Source: Eledone cirrhosa
Lineage: Eukaryota
Length of the DNA stretch: 64,000 nucleotides
Direction: 5' to 3'
NCBI GenBank assembly: GCA_964016885.1
Contig: OZ024742.1
Span: forward strand, 25,358,001-25,422,000
Translations under genes and position numbers: made by a program
Shown: positions 57,448 through 64,000 of the stretch, one piece after another
How the letters are laid out: each line of letters begins with the position of its first letter
Numbering within the stretch: the stretch's first letter is position 1
The notes under the pieces: model-generated
Told to the model about the DNA's origin: nothing
Databases searched by the model: none
Seen by the model: the letters and a program-made list of their open reading frames with translations, nothing else

Positions 57448-57574
57448 TATGGTGAACTAAATGTTGTGTAACCACTTCTACCTAATTCGTCCCTTGGACT
57501 GAGTGCTCTACCACTACGGATATTATCTTCCAGTGTTCCACCACTATATATATATATGTTTACATATATATATG

Positions 57575-57617
<43 letters not shown>

Positions 57618-57945
57618 TATACTTAAGATGTAGTTAAAGATTATTTTCGGAATAAGATAATGATTCTAAAATAACGTATATTAATATATATATATCTATA
57701 TATATATATATATATTCAATGATATTAAATAAATGGAAACTATATTTATAAAACCATATTTATTTTATTATATATATTTCAAGGGTACCAAGACACATTG
57801 GTACGCTTTCATCAGATAAAATACAAAGTTTGTTTTATAAATAGAGACATACCCATGAAAATCATGCCTTATTGGTTGGAAATTCACTGGATAGTTATAA
57901 ACATTTATCTTTGTCGGACTTCCAACAAATTAAATACCCCTTTTA

Positions 57946-58011
<66 letters not shown>

Positions 58012-58163
58012 TAGATATAGATGTATATGTGTGTGTGTGTGTAAAAAAATGTAACACTTTCTTGACTTACTATTTCTTATTCCATTTTATCTGTTTAGAC
58101 ACGCTTTACCTGATTTGGATATTGAATTTATTGAATAATTGGTGGTTACCTCTGGTTATTGTC

Positions 58164-58520
58164 TCATCATCATCATCATCATCATCACCGTTTTACGTCC
58201 GTTCTTCCACGCTAGCATGGGTTAGACGGGTTGTCCTGTTGTGGGCAGTGTCTGGTCGGCTGACCATGCCTTGCTCATACAGGAACTGATCTGGCTTGAT
58301 TTCTACAGCTGGATGCCCTTCCTAACACCAACCTCATTTACAGTGAGTGCTGGGTGCTTTTTCGTGGCGCCTACACGTCCACTTTACAGTGTGGGCTGGG
58401 TGCTTTTTTGCCGTGGCACCTCCACGACCACCTTGCGGTGGGGGGGGGGGGGGGCATATTGTTTATATGCTTCAGCATGTACCCATGGGAGGTCGGGTAC
58501 CCTGTATTACTGCGTGACGC
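58164..58520 (-). mobile_element. 3' fragment of the RTE copy 3 subfamily
   Basis: Near-identical reverse complement of about 63414-63766, including the (ATG)n tail. Confidence 0.95.
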
Positions 58521-58847
58521 TATTAATAGTTATTCATGATTAGTGTTAGATATTTTTTATCAATATATATTTTTTTGCTCCAGAGTCTAAGTGGAGTGTA
58601 AAGTTAGACACATGGTCCCTGGTCTCAAAGGGTTAATTAATGGAGACTGACCTATTTGCCAGTCATACTCTCTGTAGTCCCTAATTTTATAGCAAGTTTG
58701 TTGTTGTACTTGTTGTTTACTTGGTGGTGACATCATGGTTTAACGGTTAAGATGTTCTCTTTGCAATCATTAGGTCCCAAGTTCAATCCCATTGCTTAAC
58801 ATCTCTAGCAAATCACATTTATCTTATCTTCAGGTTGATTCAGAATG

Positions 58848-59030
58848 AATCATCATTATCATCACCATTTAACGTTCATTTTTCCACACTATAATGGGTT
58901 AGATGAGTTGTTGCAATAAATCAGATAAGATGACCATTCCTTGTTCATACAGAACTGTTTCTGGCTTGGTTTCTATGCTTGTATGCCCTTCCTAAGGCCA
59001 ACCATATTTACAGTATGGATTGGACGCTTT
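58848..59030 (-). mobile_element. Older RTE 3' fragment nested in the SINE
   Basis: Decayed (CAT)n, TTTAACGTTCATTTTTCCAC and ATGCCCTTCCTAA motifs, similar to the 58164 copy. Confidence 0.75.
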
Positions 59031-59097
59031 TTGTAATTCAATGTGCCAACCTTGTCACACACTGTTTTGCACTGAATATCCTTGAAAATTACTTTAA

Positions 59098-59309
59098 CCC
59101 TTTCATGAATGCATTTATAATGAAATACACTCTATCTTAATTATGGAAGAATTTAGAGGATTTACTAAAATTATTAATTATTAAATTTCTAAGCTTGTAG
59201 CTTAATGTAATTATGTCGGAAGATTTTAATTTAAACTTGGAACCTTCAAAATGGGTGGTTTTATTTCACAGAACCAGAGCTGGTTTTGACTGGGTTGGTA
59301 ACTTAAGTG
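59098..59309. mobile_element. piggyBac-type MITE, decayed
   Basis: Interrupts the SINE exactly at a TTAA, which is duplicated (59094-59097 and 59310-59313). Starts CCCTTT; the right terminus is degenerate. Confidence 0.65.
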
Positions 59310-60784
59310 TTAAGGGTACACATGTTTGTGAAATGTTCAACCGCTCATATGTTAATGTCATGAGCAGGCAGTATGTTTGATCAAACAACTGGAACATATA
59401 TTGTTGAATCAGATAAAGGTATATTCCAGTTTACTCCCAAGTCAACCCTGATGAAACAAATCTGTGAGGAAAGACATTCCATTATTGACCATCCATCTGT
59501 TTGTGTATCTAGGGCTAACCAACAGCAATACACGTGTCATGTTTTCCTCCTAATCCAATGTAAGGTAATAACACAAACTAATGAGGCAGTTGGTACAATA
59601 GTAAGGAAGTAATAACAGTAATTAAATAACGAGGGCATTCTCACAAAATTATGGAAGGAAATAACGTAATAATTTTCAGCAGTAACAATTAATTTTACAA
59701 TTTATTCCAAAATGCAATTACAAGTTTTTACTTTAATTAATTTAACAAACTTAATTAAGCTAATCTAACGCTATCAGTTTTCCCCAAATTGTGAGGAATA
59801 TTTAGCAACATTCTCAGGTATGGCATTTAGTAATTAGTTTAAGGCAATTAATGAGCTGCATCTGTTAGTACCAACTTTCCAAAATCTGCTTGTAATTTAG
59901 AATATTTGTGGCAATTTCCTGAAAAAGATATGACTGTTATTGAGGCCATTCTCGTGACTGTTGTATTTTCTTCTAAGTCAGCCATGTGAACACTTGGCCT
60001 GCTAATCATAGTAGCTAGATATAACTTAAATTATAACTATCACTTTAGAAAATATAAGCAACACATTACATAATGTAGTTATAGATATCTCTAAAAGTAA
60101 GGGATGTTCATGACTGGAACAACTTTTATGGGAGGTCTCTTGATTAGGGTTCACATTAATATGGATTTATCTTGCTTTTAAAAACAGTTGTTGCAAGCTG
60201 TTATTTAACCCCAGATTGGTCTCGAACTAACAACAATTTTAAAATAAGAAAACTTATCACAAGGACAGCCGTTGAAACAGCTAAATGCTGTCAATGACAG
60301 CAATGGGTAAAAATGCCTCAGAGGACAGAGACTAGCGGCCAGTGGTCAACTGAGAGACTATCCACAAGGTGGGTGACAGGCAGATGAAATATAGAAAAGA
60401 TTGAAAGAGCAGGAGGACAAGGAAAGTGTGTTGGCACACAGAAGAGACTAGAAGAGGATATAAAGAAAAGAAATGTACAAGACAAGTTTACACACACATA
60501 TCTTCACCCTCGTCAGCTCTCAAACCATCAAAATGGTTTTGCACGATATGATTATTTTCTGTATTGGTTGAAACTTTGACATGTAGGTTAAAAGTTGAGC
60601 CATTTAACCATTGAAAATTTGTATCACCATTACATGAATTTTAAAACAATATTTAACCTTGTACATGATAATAGTATGAACCAAATATTATTTGGGTTTT
60701 GTTGTAGTTGTTATTGTTACATAAACTTTCATTACTTCATATTTGGCCAATCACATTATTGATGTAAAGATTTTCTTTGAAAGA

Positions 60785-60858
<74 letters not shown>

Positions 60859-60859
<1 letters not shown>

Positions 60860-61026
60860 CTGTAAATGTGGTTGGTGTTAGGAAGGGCATCCAACTGTAG
60901 AAAACCTGCCAGACAGTCCTATGCGAGCAAGACAATCACTCTTGCCTCAAGTGGGACTACCCCCGTCCAAACCCATGCAAGCGTGGAACACGGACGTTAA
61001 ACGTTGATGATGATGATGATGATGAT
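60859..61026 (+). mobile_element. Short 3' fragment of the RTE copy 1/2 subfamily within (TA)n
   Basis: Matches the reverse complement of about 44958-45128, with (ATG)n tail. Confidence 0.95.
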
Positions 61027-61227
61027 ATATATATATATATATATATAAATGAAAGTATAGAAATTATTGTGAGTGTGCAGCCAACAGTATTTCATAATAT
61101 ATATAATATATAATATATATATAATATATATATATATATGTATGTGTATATATATATATTTGATATGTGTCTATATTTATATATATTTATATATATATAT
61201 ATTCATGTATGTGTGTATATTTATATA

Positions 61228-61261
<34 letters not shown>

Positions 61262-61264
<3 letters not shown>

Positions 61265-63766
61265 GACAGTAAAGAAGAACAGATAGAGACATTTAATGTA
61301 GAAGAGAACTGGGAGTTCCTAAAAAATAATTTACTAGAGGCGACGGACGAGGTCTGTGGCTGGAGTAAGACCTCAAGCAGGAGGAGAGTGACTTGGTGGT
61401 GGAACAATAAGGTAGATGAAGCAGTCAAGGCCAAGAGACAGGCATGGAAAGAATGGAAGAATGGGGGGAGCAGGGTACATTACATAGAGACCAAGAGGGA
61501 AGCTAGGCGACAAGTATACTTAGCTAGGAGGGAAGCTGAGGATAGAAAATTCAAGCATGTTTTACAACGTGAGGACCAGAAACAGGAGGTATTCAAGATT
61601 GCGAGGCAGTGTGTCAGAGATAGTTGTGATGTCATTGGGGAGAAGTGTATCCGGAATGATAAAGGTGAGCTTGCCCTCACAAGAGCTGAGAAGAAAGATG
61701 CATGGAAGAGTCATTATGATAGATTACTAAATGAGGAGAATGCATGGGAAGAAGAGACCCTACCCCAAGTAGACCCTATAGAGGGACCAGCAGTACAAGT
61801 CAGCGGCAGCGTAGTAAGTAAGGCAATCAGAGATATGAAGATGGGGAAGGCAACCGGTCCATCGGGTATAGCTGCCGAGATGCTGAAGGCATCTGGGTCT
61901 GTAGGTCACACTATAACCACACGTATCGTTAACCAGGTAATACTAGAAGGGGCCATACCAAAAGATTGGTGCAGTAGCATCATTGTCAACTGCTACAAAG
62001 GCAAAGGCGACGCACTAGATAGAGGAAACTATAGAGGTATAAAGTTGATGGACCAGGTCATGAAAGTAACAGAAAGAGTTATAGCACAGCTGATTAGGGA
62101 CCGGGTGAATATAGACGAGATGCAATTTGGGTTTGTACCAGGAAGAGGCACCACTGATGCCCTCTTCCTTGTGAGGCAATTACAGGAAAAGTACCTAGCT
62201 AAAAGTAAGCCACTCTACTTGGCATTTGTCGACCTTGAGAAAGCCTTTGACAGAGTTCCATGTGCTGTAATCTGGTGGGCTCTTAGAAAACTAGGAGGAG
62301 ATGAATGGCTTGTGAAAGCGGTACAAGCCATGTATAGGGGAGCAGTCAGCAAAGTTAGGATTAGCAATGAGTATAGCGAGGAATTTAGCGTACAGGTTGG
62401 GGTCCACCAGGGCTCTGTTCTTAGCCCTCTCCTGTTCATCATAGTCCTGCAGGCAATAACGGAGGAATTTAAGACCGGATGCCCATGGGAACTCCTGTAT
62501 GCTGATGACCTCGCACTCATAGCTGAATCTATGATAGAACTAGAGAATAAATTCCAAACCTGGAAGCAGGGACTAGAGAGAAAGGGTCTCAAAGTCAACA
62601 TGACAAAGACTAAGGTCCTTGTAAGTAGACGAGAAAACAGAACCCAGATCCCCTCAGGGAAGTGGCCTTGCTCAGTATGTAGGAAAGGTGTAGGTAGGAA
62701 CTCCATTCTCTGCCCCAAATGCAAACAATGGGTACACAAGAGATGTAGCGGGATCTCAGGAAGCTTAATTAAGAATGTAGGATTCACATGCAGCAGCTGT
62801 GCTGAAACAGCAAGCAGCAAACAGCCACAGGAAACAAGTACCACCAATCTCTGGGAGGGCCCTGTAGAAACAGTAGACAGCTTCTGCTACCTAGGTGACC
62901 GAATTAGCAACGGAGGTGGGTGTTCAGAAAGTACAATAACTAGGGTAAGAACGGGATGGAAGAAGTTTAGGGAACTACTACCACTGCTAGCTGCAAAAGG
63001 CTTCTCCCTCAGAATGAAAGGCAGACTGTATGATGCGTGTATCCGAACAGCGATGTTGCATGGTAGTGAGACCTGGGCGCTGATGGTGGAAGACTTACGT
63101 AGATTAGAGAGAAACGAAGCCTGCATGCTCCGATGGATGTGTAACAGTAATATACGTGAACGACAAAGCATAAATGAATTGAGAGAGAGGCTGAGCATAA
63201 GAGGAATCAAATGCTGCGTGCAGGAGAGGCGGTTGCGCTGGTATGGACATGTGATGCGTATGAAGGATGACAGCTGCATAAAAAGGTGCAGAGCACTAGA
63301 AGTTGATGGAAACCGCGGAGTGGGGAGACCCAAGATGACCTGGGATGAGGTGATAAAAGCTGACCTTACCCAATTACACCTCTCAAAGACAATGACACAC
63401 GACCGTAACTTCTGGCGTCACGCAGTAATACAGAGTACCCGACCTCCCATGGGTACATGCTGAAGCATATAAACAATATGCCCCCACCCCTCCCACCGCA
63501 AGGTGGTTGTGGAGGTGCCACGGCAAAAAAGCACCCAGCCCACACTGTAAAGTGGACGTGTAGGCGCCACGAAAAAGCACCCAGCACTCACTGTAAATGA
63601 GGTTGGTGTTAGGAAGGGCATCCAGCTGTAGAAATAAAGCCAGATCAGTTCCTGTATGAGCAAGGCATGGTCAGCCGACCAGACACTCACACAACAGGAC
63701 AACCCGTCTAACCCATGCTAGCGTGGAAGAACGGACGTAAAACGGTGATGATGATGATGATGATGA
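61262..63766 (+). mobile_element. 5'-truncated RTE LINE (copy 3), different subfamily, young
   Basis: Starts at (Y)DSKEEQ directly after (TA)n; lacks the endonuclease domain; has a 3' UTR and (ATG)n tail. Confidence 0.97.
61264..63463 (+). CDS. Uninterrupted partial RTE reverse transcriptase ORF with PHD-like finger (no native start; endonuclease missing)
   Basis: ORF track 61073..63463; the N-terminal ~64 aa are translated (TA)n. The remainder has QFGF, DLEKAFDRV, QGSVLSP, YADD, CSVC..CPKC..HKRC..CSSC and FCYLG. Confidence 0.9.
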
Positions 63767-64000
63767 TACGTATGTATATATATATTTCTATATATGAGTC
63801 TATATATATATGTGTGTATGTATATAACTGTGAGATTGATCGGTTCTGATCAATTTAAGCGCTATTCAAGATCCACTATAAAAGCCACAAATCCTCGAAT
63901 AGTCACTTTTTTATTGTAAGTACAATAGTTGAGGGTGATTCTTACACTATGATGTATTATTCTGATTTAAATCTTGGCAATGGAAAAAGAAAAAAAAAAC

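Larger units (their letters stand above)
57337..57545. mobile_element. Penelope-like pseudo-LTR fragment in inverted (palindromic) configuration, inserted in (TA)n
   Basis: 71-bp arms (57337-57407 and 57410-57480, two mismatches) plus about 65 bp of unique extension; contains a minimal hammerhead motif. Family assignment rests on structure, not on a search. Confidence 0.65.
58733..59410 (+). mobile_element. SINE family B split by two nested insertions
   Basis: Head at 58733-58845 (TGGTTTAACGG; AGTTCAATCCC); body resumes at about 59030-59093 and 59314-59410, colinear with the 39318 copy. Confidence 0.7.

Noticed and set aside
61073-61263. N-terminal extension making a 796-aa protein
   Set aside because: Translation of a (TA)n tract from a GTG; not part of the element.

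Overview
Eukaryotic, AT-rich, repeat-dominated DNA with no confidently complete host gene. The repeat families (RTE LINEs with (ATG)n tails, tRNA-derived SINEs, long (TA)n/(CA)n tracts) resemble octopus/cephalopod genomes; that is an inference. Bases 1-33199 are one strand-asymmetric satellite. It is built from a 46-bp monomer plus an optional 16-bp duplication of the monomer head, and carries kb-scale higher-order duplications (4628, 12700, 3022, 2175 and 1207 bp offsets). All ORFs in that half are artefacts. Bases 33200-64000 are a transposon graveyard: one near-full-length but disabled RTE LINE, two 5'-truncated RTE copies (one with an uninterrupted ORF), many RTE 3' fragments, a decayed Tigger/pogo transposase, two SINE families, a piggyBac-type MITE, a 43-bp minisatellite and a 1.8-kb inverted-repeat structure. 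Most notable: (i) a 144-bp near-perfect palindrome in (TA)n carrying back-to-back minimal type I hammerhead-ribozyme motifs (Penelope-like); (ii) a tripartite SINE whose 3' end matches two different RTE families in the same window; (iii) the 46/16 grammar of the satellite; (iv) a tRNA-like SINE head alone between 20-bp target-site duplications. Coordinates of degraded elements are approximate and were read by eye.
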